From the IMG/VR virus record IMGVR_UViG_3300045988_171811: DNA of 43,396 nucleotides. The stretch is one strand, 5' to 3'. The notes under the pieces were generated by a model. The model did no database searches. It was not told the DNA's origin and was given only the letters and a program-made list of their open reading frames with translations. A program made the translations under genes and the position numbers. Source of the stretch: a virus. Positions 34,861 through 41,891 of the stretch are shown piece after piece (within the stretch, counting starts at the first letter, position 1; each line of letters begins with the position of its first letter).

Positions 34861-34904
34861 TTCCGTTAACTTCCCGTTTACTTTGTTCACCTTCCGTTTA
34901 CTTT
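34861..34904. repeat. Iteron-like direct repeats TTCC(C)GTTTACTTT
   Basis: CCGTTTACTTT occurs at 34874-34884 and 34894-34904, exactly 20 bp apart. A variant, CCGTTAACTT, occurs at 34863-34872. Confidence 0.6.
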
Positions 34905-35141
34905 CTACGCATGTGGGTTGTTTGCTAGCAACTTGCTTTCTAGAACAAAAACACCCGTTTGTGTTACTACAATATTGGTGCGTGTCGTCACACTTTCTGC
35001 CCCTGTAGCAAGGTTTTGTGTCAGTGTGTTTCGCATGATTGCAACGAATAGTCTCTGTCACGGTTGTTTTGTTGGCAGTGTTTGTTGCGGTGACTTTGGT
35101 CCCGTATGCTACACTCGAGTAGACGAATCGTCGAAGACGAT

Positions 35142-35201
35142 CGCGGCGTAGCCGCTGAGGAGCCCTAGCGACGCAAGCGAGCGTTACGCCGCGGGTGTTT
35201 T
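35142..35201 (+). terminator. Long hairpin followed by a U-tract (terminator or small structured RNA 3' end)
   Basis: cgcggcgta (35142-35150) pairs with tacgccgcg (35185-35193) around a GC-rich interior, followed by ggtgtttt. Confidence 0.4.
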
Positions 35202-35257
35202 CGAAGAGCTCGCCACTGTGTTGGGCCCAACCTATACTCTTAAAAGAGTACTAGAAT

Positions 35258-35310
35258 TAGACACTGTCTAACACGCCTAGACAGTGTCTATTTTTGTTAG
35301 ACAGTGTCTA
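35258..35310. promoter_or_regulatory. Three 13-bp palindromes TAGACA-N-TGTCTA phased at exactly 20 bp (operator-like array)
   Basis: Copies at 35258-35270, 35278-35290 and 35298-35310. Flanked by further short inverted repeats (tactctt-aa-aagagta at 35235-35250; tgttca-N4-tgaaca nearby). Confidence 0.7.
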
Positions 35311-35469
35311 ATTAGGTAACATGTGTTATAACATAATTAGTGTTCAATGGTGAACATGACGATTGTTAACAGTGAACAGTGCGATGGGGGCAACACACAC
35401 TATTGCGGTGGCATACAACACACACACTATTAGATAAACAAACCCGCAATACACGAGGCGTGTGCTGTG

Positions 35470-35504
35470 TTACGTGCGTGCTCGCAAAGCTGCGCGCGCA
35501 CTAC
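35470..35504 (+). repeat. 35-bp repeat copy 1 (hairpin GTGCGTGC...GCGCGCAC) followed by a purine-rich tract
   Basis: ttacgtgcgtgctcgcaaagctgcgcgcgcactac differs from the copy at 36130-36164 only at two loop positions (aa versus gg). Confidence 0.7.
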
Positions 35505-35675
35505 ACAGCACCCGCCATTCCAAAACAAAGAAAAACGAGGAGAAAAGAAAGAGAAAAGGAAAAAAGAACAGAGAGGGTAGTGTTAGACGGTGGAGGCGCT
35601 CGTCTCGCTGACGCTGCGACGCGCCACCACCTAACACAAACAAAGAGAAAGAAAAGCGAAGAGAGGAGAACAACG

Positions 35676-36020
35676 GTGAGCAGAACAAGCACCAAAGAAC
35701 ATAAACAATTCAGAAAACAAGTACTCGCCAGAGCACAAGCAATGGGCATCACACACTGCCCAGCATGCGGAACCAAACTCCAATACCACAATAACGGGCA
35801 ACGCAAACCCAACTCAGCCGAGGCAGACCACATAATCCCAGCCTCACTAGGCGGAACCAACCACCCAGACAACGGCAGAGTGCTGTGCGCCAAATGCAAC
35901 AGCAGACGCGGCAACGGCAGAGGAGGAAAAGGAAAAGCACGCCACTACCAGAAAAACGAGGGGGAACGAGACAGGCTACCTATCGCAGTCATGCCCACCG
36001 AACACTCGGACACATGGTGA
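35676..36020 (+). CDS. HNH endonuclease (terminase-associated type)
   Basis: GTG start after gagaggagaa-N5. Motifs: CPACG...EADHIIPASLGGTNHPDNGRVLCAKCNSRRGN. The part of the track ORF upstream of it is low-complexity. Confidence 0.8.
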   Translation: MSRTSTKEHKQFRKQVLARAQAMGITHCPACGTKLQYHNNGQRKPNSAEADHIIPASLGGTNHPDNGRVLCAKCNSRRGNGRGGKGKARHYQKNEGERDRLPIAVMPTEHSDTW

Positions 36021-36129
36021 ATCACACACCACCGCCATTCCAACACACAGAAAGGCTGGGCAAAAAGAGAAGAGAAAAGAGGAGAAGAGAAGACAAAGAG
36101 ACACAATGGTGTTCGGGGATTACGTGCGT

Positions 36130-36164
36130 GCTCGCAGGGCTGCGCGCGCACTACCCCGAACACC
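36130..36164 (+). repeat. 35-bp repeat copy 2 followed by a (GAGGAA)n purine-rich tract
   Basis: ttacgtgcgtgctcgcagggctgcgcgcgcactac lies 660 bp downstream of copy 1 and is followed by aaagaggaagaggaagaggaagaggagaag. Confidence 0.7.
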
Positions 36165-36969
36165 GAACAACAAAGAGGAAGAGGAAGAGGAAGAGGAGAA
36201 GACGGAGAACAGCGAACTAAAACAACACACCACGCCCCCTCCCCACCATTCCAGCACACGCATAAACCATCACCGCCATTCCACAATGACACAACCATGC
36301 CACAAAAACACTACCCTAAACCAACAATACTGTGACAGCAAACACAAAGGGCGGAAGAGAAGAGCAGAACAGGACACAGTTCCACACGCCACATACCACC
36401 GCACTTCCCCACCCACAACAAACACGACAATACACAAGACAGAAGAAGAGCGGGAACAACACAAGGGAAGCAGGACAACGCGAAGACAGGGAACACCATG
36501 AAGATGACGGGGACAACGCAAGACAGGGGACACCGCACACGCCAACACACCCCGCCCCTCAACACGGCCACCACACAAACGTAAGGGGGACGCCGATACA
36601 AAACGAGGGGACGTCATCACACAGACGAGAGGGTCATCATCGCAGCACCCGCCCTTCATTCACCATGCCACCCCACCACACAATGGCACCCCACCATCCA
36701 CTACGCCCCCACCCACCACCACCGTGAAGGGGGGAGCACACAGAGGATACCCCACCACACAAACACTGCAGACACGCACCACCCACACACCACACACCCG
36801 GCAGGCAACAGTGCACGACACGACAGCAGTACTCACACAGTACGCACGAGGAGTAGATGGCATGGGCCGCACGCACTTGGTCGGGCACACCACCGCCATT
36901 CCACAGCAGCACACACCGACGAGGATGGACACCATCCACTCTCCCACCTCACACTGTTCACGTTCACAC

Positions 36970-37310
36970 AACCAACGAACAACAATGATCAACGAACATG
37001 ATGATGAACAATCATCGTTCAATGATCAATCAATCAACAATGAATGATGAACATCATGATGATCAATGATGATCAACAATAAACATGATCAACATGATGA
37101 TGAACATCACGATGATGATGTGATGCATGACATGCATACCAATACCATGCACCATGCATGGTGCCAACGCATGCCACAAGGCAACATGCAATGCACAAAC
37201 GCACAAACACACAAAAAAGCATAAAAACAAAAGAAATGTTACAAAAAATGCAAAAATATTCAAGGCACGAATCGAACAATGGCGTTCAAAAAAACCATGG
37301 CAACAAAACG
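36970..37310. repeat. AT-rich degenerate repeat tract (ATGATCAA / ATGATGAACA / ATGCAT) with phased A-tracts
   Basis: Five ATGATCAA copies place GATC at 36987, 37024, 37061, 37071 and 37087. A5-7 tracts begin at 37213, 37223, 37243, 37252 and 37288. Confidence 0.7.
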
Positions 37311-37319
37311 AGACGAACA

Positions 37320-37353
37320 TAAGGGATCCCTTAAAAGAGTAAGGGATCCCTTA
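37320..37353. promoter_or_regulatory. Two 14-bp perfect palindromes TAAGGGATCCCTTA, 20 bp apart
   Basis: Copies at 37320-37333 and 37340-37353. Each is part of a 16-bp direct repeat, taagggatcccttaaa. Confidence 0.75.
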
Positions 37354-37491
37354 AAGTGGGACCCACACCACAAAACAAGACAGGGAACACACACAAACGA
37401 GACACACACCACACAAATTATGTGATGGGGGCCACCCCCCCTCCCCCATCTGGCCGCGAACACCCCGAAGGTCTGCCCATCTCTCCCTGCT

Positions 37492-37620
37492 TGTGGAAAA
37501 CCCTGTGGATAACTCCAGTAATCCATGTCACAATGTGACTGCCGTCATGTGGAAAACTCCCAAACCTGTGGAAAACCCTGTGGAAAACTCAGACAGCCTG
37601 TGGATAACCCTGTGGAAAAC
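37492..37620 (+). promoter_or_regulatory. Cluster of seven co-oriented TGTGGAWAAC boxes (complement of DnaA-box consensus TTWTCCACA; alternatively terS/cosB-type sites)
   Basis: Boxes start at 37492, 37504, 37548, 37567, 37579, 37599 and 37611. Two are TGTGGATAA (perfect TTATCCACA) and five are TGTGGAAAA. Three pairs have 12-bp spacing. The extended consensus is CCTGTGGAAAACYC. Confidence 0.7.
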
Positions 37621-37626
37621 CCCGCA

Positions 37627-37663
37627 GGAACATGACTGACATTACAGCATATAATAGAGGGTA
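37627..37663 (+). promoter_or_regulatory. Candidate late/packaging promoter with a perfect -10 TATAAT and a leaderless terS start
   Basis: TATAAT is at 37650-37655. The terS ATG begins at 37663, 7 nt after the -10, and has no usable SD (the only SD-like element, gaggg, lies just 1 nt upstream). The weak -35 is ggaaca with a 17-nt spacer. Confidence 0.4.
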
Positions 37664-37944
37664 TGACAACCCACACAAACACCACAATCACCGTATACGA
37701 ACCCAACAGCCCCGCACCCATCACAGACGCCACAAACACCGGCAACCCCACCCTCATCCGCCAAGCACTCGCACACAAAATCGCCACCGTCATAGACGAC
37801 CCCAGGACAGGCGACACAGCACTCACAAAACTCACCGCACAACTCATACAAATCACAGACCAACTCGCCACCACACAAAACGAAAACACACAAACACACA
37901 CCACCGACATTCCAAACGAAACACAAACCTGGGACGGCATCTGA
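37663..37944 (+). CDS. terS: Small terminase subunit (candidate)
   Basis: 93 aa. The stop overlaps the terL ATG (ATCTGATG). The segment LIRQALAHKIATVIDDPRTGDTALTKLTAQLIQITDQLA resembles the C-terminal helices of actinophage small terminases. Sits directly upstream of terL. Confidence 0.5.
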   Translation: MTTHTNTTITVYEPNSPAPITDATNTGNPTLIRQALAHKIATVIDDPRTGDTALTKLTAQLIQITDQLATTQNENTQTHTTDIPNETQTWDGI

Positions 37945-39437
37945 TGAGCGAAAAACACCTATCCGAAATCGCCGCCCACCTCACCCTCCCAGAAAACATC
38001 ACACACACAGCCTGGCCACCAGTCCAACGCCGCCTCCAAGAAATGCAATACCCCCTCGACGTATGGCAGCAAGACTGGCTAAAAGCAATCCTCGCAAAAA
38101 GAAAAGACGGCCACTACGCCGCCAGCATCGACGGAATTCAAGCATCCATCCCTCGTCAGGTCGGCAAAACATACACAATCGGCGGCCTCACATTCGCACT
38201 CGCCACCCTCCACCCAAACTACTTCGTCCTCTGGACCGCACACCGCACACGCACCGCGGACGAAACATTCAACGACATGAAAGGCATGGCACAAATCCCC
38301 AACATCGCCCCATACGTAAACAAAATACGGCAAGCAAACGGACAACAAGCCATCCTCTTCAACAACGGATCACGCATTCTCTTCGGAGCCCGCGAAGGCG
38401 GATTCGGGCGAGGATTCCACGGCGTAGACATGATACTTTTCGACGAAGCCCAGATCCTAGGCGCCGCCGCACTAGACGACATGATCCCCGCCACAAACAC
38501 GGCGCCCGACCCACTCATCATCAAAATCGGGACACCACCAAAACCAAAAGACCCATCCGAAGCATTCAGCGAATTCCGCAACCTCGCCCTGCAAGGCGAA
38601 ATAAAAGACGGCCTCTACCTCGAACTGGCCGCCGACTATGACGCCAACAGCGACGACAGGAAACAATGGGAAAAAGCAAACCCATCATACCCGCGCCGCA
38701 CACCCGAATCCGCCATTCTAAGAATGCGCCGGCAGCTCGGAGAAGAATCATTTCGACGTGAAGGCCTCGGAATATGGGACCGCGCCAACGACAGACTCGC
38801 AATCGACCCAATCGCTTGGAACGCCGCCGCAATACGGCCAGAAAACACTCCGTCTGGTATGCGGTGGTGCGCCGCGATCAGGTTCGCACCCGACGGATCA
38901 ACGTGCGCCCTAGCCCGAGCTGGACATAAGCAAAACACGCCCACACACGTCGAACTCTGCACACACCAAGGCGTCCGCCGCATGAGTGAGGGCACACAAT
39001 GGATCATCGACTACATTGCAGACACAAAAGACAGATGGGCGCAAATCATCGTAGACGGAAAATACGGTGCCGGAGACACAATCGAAAGACTCCGTGCCAT
39101 CGGAGTACGCCCGCAAGTCATTATCACGCCCACGATCACGCAAATCGTAGACGCTTACAGCATGCTAGACGCCTCACTACGCGAAAAAACAATCACGCAC
39201 CTGGACGACATGCAACTGAGAACCGAAGCCGCGTCCGCAACATCACGCCCAATCGGAACATCAGGAGGATGGGCGCTACAGGCCCCGCCCGGCGCCACAG
39301 TAGCCGGCCTAGAGGCATGCACGCTCGCAATGTGGGCCGCACGCACAACAAAAAGAAGGCCTCGTTACAAGCCTTATGATAAAATCGAGAACGCCAATAG
39401 TAATACTGGACGTGGCGGCGGAGTATTGTTCCTATGA
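37944..39437 (+). CDS. terL: Terminase large subunit
   Basis: The start is set at ATG 37944 (MSEKHLSEIAAHL). Walker A IPRQVGKT and Walker B MILFDEAQ, with a C-terminal nuclease region. The track ORF's 104-aa His/Arg/Thr N-terminal extension is rejected. Confidence 0.85.
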   Translation: MSEKHLSEIAAHLTLPENITHTAWPPVQRRLQEMQYPLDVWQQDWLKAILAKRKDGHYAASIDGIQASIPRQVGKTYTIGGLTFALATLHPNYFVLWTAHRTRTADETFNDMKGMAQIPNIAPYVNKIRQANGQQAILFNNGSRILFGAREGGFGRGFHGVDMILFDEAQILGAAALDDMIPATNTAPDPLIIKIGTPPKPKDPSEAFSEFRNLALQGEIKDGLYLELAADYDANSDDRKQWEKANPSYPRRTPESAILRMRRQLGEESFRREGLGIWDRANDRLAIDPIAWNAAAIRPENTPSGMRWCAAIRFAPDGSTCALARAGHKQNTPTHVELCTHQGVRRMSEGTQWIIDYIADTKDRWAQIIVDGKYGAGDTIERLRAIGVRPQVIITPTITQIVDAYSMLDASLREKTITHLDDMQLRTEAASATSRPIGTSGGWALQAPPGATVAGLEACTLAMWAARTTKRRPRYKPYDKIENANSNTGRGGGVLFL

Positions 39438-41050
39438 CTGAAATTTATCCTGACGACGGACGACTCGTTAATGCTACGCCCGCCCCCACACGCATTTCCG
39501 GACTCCCCGACGACGACAAGGTAACATTCCTGCAACTGTGGCAGAAATGGCAGCAGCACTCAAACAAAAACAAGCTGCTGTCCGTCTACTACGACGGCCA
39601 CCGCGCTTTCCAGGACTTGGGTATTAGTATTCCGCCGCAAATGACGCGCACCAAGGCGGCGCTTGGGTGGCCTCAGAAAGTCGTCACCATGCTCGCCCGA
39701 CGGCACGTGTTCGAGGGCTACTCGTTGAACGGCGCCCCCGACGCCTTCGAAGCAAACGAAATACTCTCCGCAAACAACTACGACCTTGACCTCGCGCAGG
39801 CAATAACGTCCGCCTACAAGCATTCTTTCTCACTACTTACAGTGACACGGGGGGACGAGACCATCGGCGAACCGCCTGTCGTCGTGCAGGCCCGTGACGC
39901 AGAATGGGGCGCCGCCCTTTGGGACACTAGGCGCCGCATAATCGAAGCCGCCCTCACAATCGACAAGACCGACAAATACGGGCAGCCCGCCGGCGCCATC
40001 ATGCACACCCCCACCGCCATTTGGCGAATCGACGCCAAAGAAAACGGTGGCGGATGGAAAGCTGAAAAGCTCGGAGACACGCCCAACCGCATTTTCGTCG
40101 AAGCACTCTGCTACGACCCGCAGCTGAACCGCCCATTGGGGCATTCACGAATCACCCGTGAAGTAAGATATCTCACGGACGCGGCGGTGAGGACAATGGT
40201 CCGTGCGGAAACATCCGCAGAATTCTTCTCCTCCCCGCAGCGGTACGTGCTCGGTGCGGAAAGAGCAGATTTCGCCGGCCAAGACAGGTGGTCCGCAATC
40301 ATGGCCCGAGTCCAAGTACTCGAGCCGAACGAGAACGGCGACATTCCCAGTGTTGGGCAATTCTCACAAATGACCATGAGCCCTCACCTGGAAATGTACC
40401 GTCAGCTGGCGCAGAATTTGTGTGCAGCCACAAACCTCCCTCAATCCGCCATCGGAGTATTCGCGGAGAATCCTGCCTCGGCTGAGGCGATGCAGGCGGC
40501 TGAGGCGGCGCTCGCGGACGAAGCCGAGTACCAATGGCGCATTTTCACCGCCCCGCTGCGGCGCACTTTGCAGAACATTATTATGGTCCGGGATAAGCTT
40601 GACGAGCCTCCCGCTGAGTCCTGGAAGACCTCGGTGAAGTGGACCCCCGCCCGCTATTCCTCGCCCTCGTCTGCCGCCGATTTCGCGGTCAAAATGGTGT
40701 CCGCGTTCCCGTCGCTGCAGGAGTCGCAGACTCTCATGCGGCGTGCCGGACTCACCGAGGACGATCTCGCAGATATCAACGCCGAAAATCGTAAGAAGAA
40801 TGCGGTGTCCCTACTCGACCGAGCTCTCGCCGCCACAAACAACGAGAACACTGTGGACGAGAACGGCGAAAACGCCGAGAATGATGACACAGCCAACAAT
40901 GATGGCGGCGACAATGCCGACAATGTTGGCAACAGCAACGGCGGCAACGGTAGCGGCAATAACCTGGGCATTAATAACGCACCCAATACAAGGAACCGGG
41001 TTAAGCGCAACATCAAACTGCCCGGCGGCACTAAAACACCAATAAACTAA
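39434..41050 (+). CDS. Portal protein (SPP1 gp6-like)
   Basis: 538 aa. ATGA overlap with terL. Conserved order terL-portal-MuF. The C-terminal tail is Asn/Gly/Asp-rich and low-complexity. Confidence 0.8.
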   Translation: MTEIYPDDGRLVNATPAPTRISGLPDDDKVTFLQLWQKWQQHSNKNKLLSVYYDGHRAFQDLGISIPPQMTRTKAALGWPQKVVTMLARRHVFEGYSLNGAPDAFEANEILSANNYDLDLAQAITSAYKHSFSLLTVTRGDETIGEPPVVVQARDAEWGAALWDTRRRIIEAALTIDKTDKYGQPAGAIMHTPTAIWRIDAKENGGGWKAEKLGDTPNRIFVEALCYDPQLNRPLGHSRITREVRYLTDAAVRTMVRAETSAEFFSSPQRYVLGAERADFAGQDRWSAIMARVQVLEPNENGDIPSVGQFSQMTMSPHLEMYRQLAQNLCAATNLPQSAIGVFAENPASAEAMQAAEAALADEAEYQWRIFTAPLRRTLQNIIMVRDKLDEPPAESWKTSVKWTPARYSSPSSAADFAVKMVSAFPSLQESQTLMRRAGLTEDDLADINAENRKKNAVSLLDRALAATNNENTVDENGENAENDDTANNDGGDNADNVGNSNGGNGSGNNLGINNAPNTRNRVKRNIKLPGGTKTPIN

Positions 41051-41058
41051 CACTTATT

Positions 41059-41784
41059 ATGCTGTCAACCGCAGAAATCGGGGCATACGGTCGAGCAATA
41101 GACTCACTCACCACACTCGCCCAAAACGACCTACACGCGCTCTGGGCGCACGCCGCACGGCAAAGGCCCCAGGACGCCCGCGACCTTCTGCTCGAAATCA
41201 TGCCCGCCCTCGTAGACCAATACGGTAATGCGGCCGCCGCAATCGCCGACGAATGGTACCGCGACATGCGCCTAGACCAAGACATTCCCGGCGACGCCCC
41301 CACAGTACAAACATCACTCACACCACAAGGCGAAATAGACGACAGCGTCAGATTCAGCGCGGGCGCACTATACGCCGGAAACCAAGACATTGCCCTATCC
41401 TATCTGACCGGGGCGCTCATCCGATACGTCAGCGACGGAGCCCGCTCACAAATCGCAGACATGACATGGGCCGACCCGGAAGCCATGGGCTGGGAAAGAC
41501 GAACACGTAACCCACAAGCCTGCAATTTCTGCGTCATGCTCACAATGAACGAATGCTACTACCGGTCACAGGGGACCGCGTCGTTCGGGGCGCACGATAA
41601 CTGCAAATGTGTCGCGGTCCCAGCATGGGACCCGACCTCCCGCGAAGTTCCCGCGAAAGCGTACACGCTCGCGGCCAGACACAAAACTGATAAAGGTCGC
41701 AAACGGCATCGTGAACTCGTCTCATCGTGGATAGACACGCACCAGGAAGAGCTCGCAGAATGGCGCACTCGGCCAATTGAATGA
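41059..41784 (+). CDS. MuF-like head morphogenesis / minor capsid protein
   Basis: The C-terminal motif CNFCVML...HDNCKCVAVP matches the Phage_Mu_F signature (C..C...H.NC.C). Follows the portal gene. Confidence 0.7.
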   Translation: MLSTAEIGAYGRAIDSLTTLAQNDLHALWAHAARQRPQDARDLLLEIMPALVDQYGNAAAAIADEWYRDMRLDQDIPGDAPTVQTSLTPQGEIDDSVRFSAGALYAGNQDIALSYLTGALIRYVSDGARSQIADMTWADPEAMGWERRTRNPQACNFCVMLTMNECYYRSQGTASFGAHDNCKCVAVPAWDPTSREVPAKAYTLAARHKTDKGRKRHRELVSSWIDTHQEELAEWRTRPIE

Positions 41785-41891
41785 TTGTGCTACAATGCAT
41801 AAACAAGGGCCACGAAAGACGGCTGCAAAGCCCAGAATAGTTGCCTGAAAACATCACAACAACCGCACGGTCAAAATATAGGAAACGCCCA

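Noticed and set aside
34918-35151. A 77-aa Cys-rich ORF with a TTG start in the T-rich arm of the control region.
   Set aside because: No RBS, odd composition (Cys/Val/Phe from G/T-rich DNA), and it overlaps the repeat elements. Most likely non-coding.
35142-35193. A GC-rich hairpin with a 7-bp acceptor-like stem (gcggcgt...acgccgc), considered as a tRNA.
   Set aside because: It is only about 50 nt between the stem ends, with no D or T arm and no anticodon-arm geometry. It fits better as a terminator-like hairpin followed by TTTT.
35379-35675. The upstream 99 codons of track ORF 35379..36020, which would extend the HNH protein.
   Set aside because: The extension is low-complexity (KRKKSEERR, REKEKRTER) and spans the duplicated hairpin repeat. 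A GTG at 35676 with a strong gagaggagaa RBS gives a typical 114-aa HNH protein.
36661-36725. C-runs on the + strand (G-runs on the - strand), considered as a G-quadruplex or i-motif.
   Set aside because: The runs (C4, C4, C5, C3) are separated by loops of 13-14 nt, longer than canonical G4 loops, and occur in a generally C-rich background. The evidence is weak.
36987-37090. The cluster of five GATC sites, considered as a Dam/SeqA-type origin sequestration signal.
   Set aside because: Every GATC is part of the repeated ATGATCAA unit, so the clustering follows from the repeat. Dam/SeqA control is a gammaproteobacterial feature not expected for the inferred Gram-positive host, and no methyltransferase gene is seen.
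35885-37538. Long ORFs on both strands in the A/C-rich region: + strand 35885..36220, 36106..36501, 36332..36727, 36724..37047, 37127..37342 and 37356..37538, plus several Cys/Gly/Val-rich minus-strand ORFs.
   Set aside because: T depletion on one strand, and therefore A depletion on the other, removes stop codons, so long ORFs arise by chance in all frames. The products are low-complexity (H/T/P/R/K or C/V/G/W), they overlap one another, and they lack credible RBS context.
37632-37943. The 104-aa N-terminal extension of the 601-aa track ORF (MTDITAYNRGYDNPHKHHNHRIRTQQPRTHHRR...), which would make terL start at 37632.
   Set aside because: It is extreme His/Arg/Thr low complexity produced by T-poor DNA. 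A different frame (37663..37944) encodes a normal-looking terS candidate whose stop overlaps ATG 37944, where recognisable TerL sequence begins.
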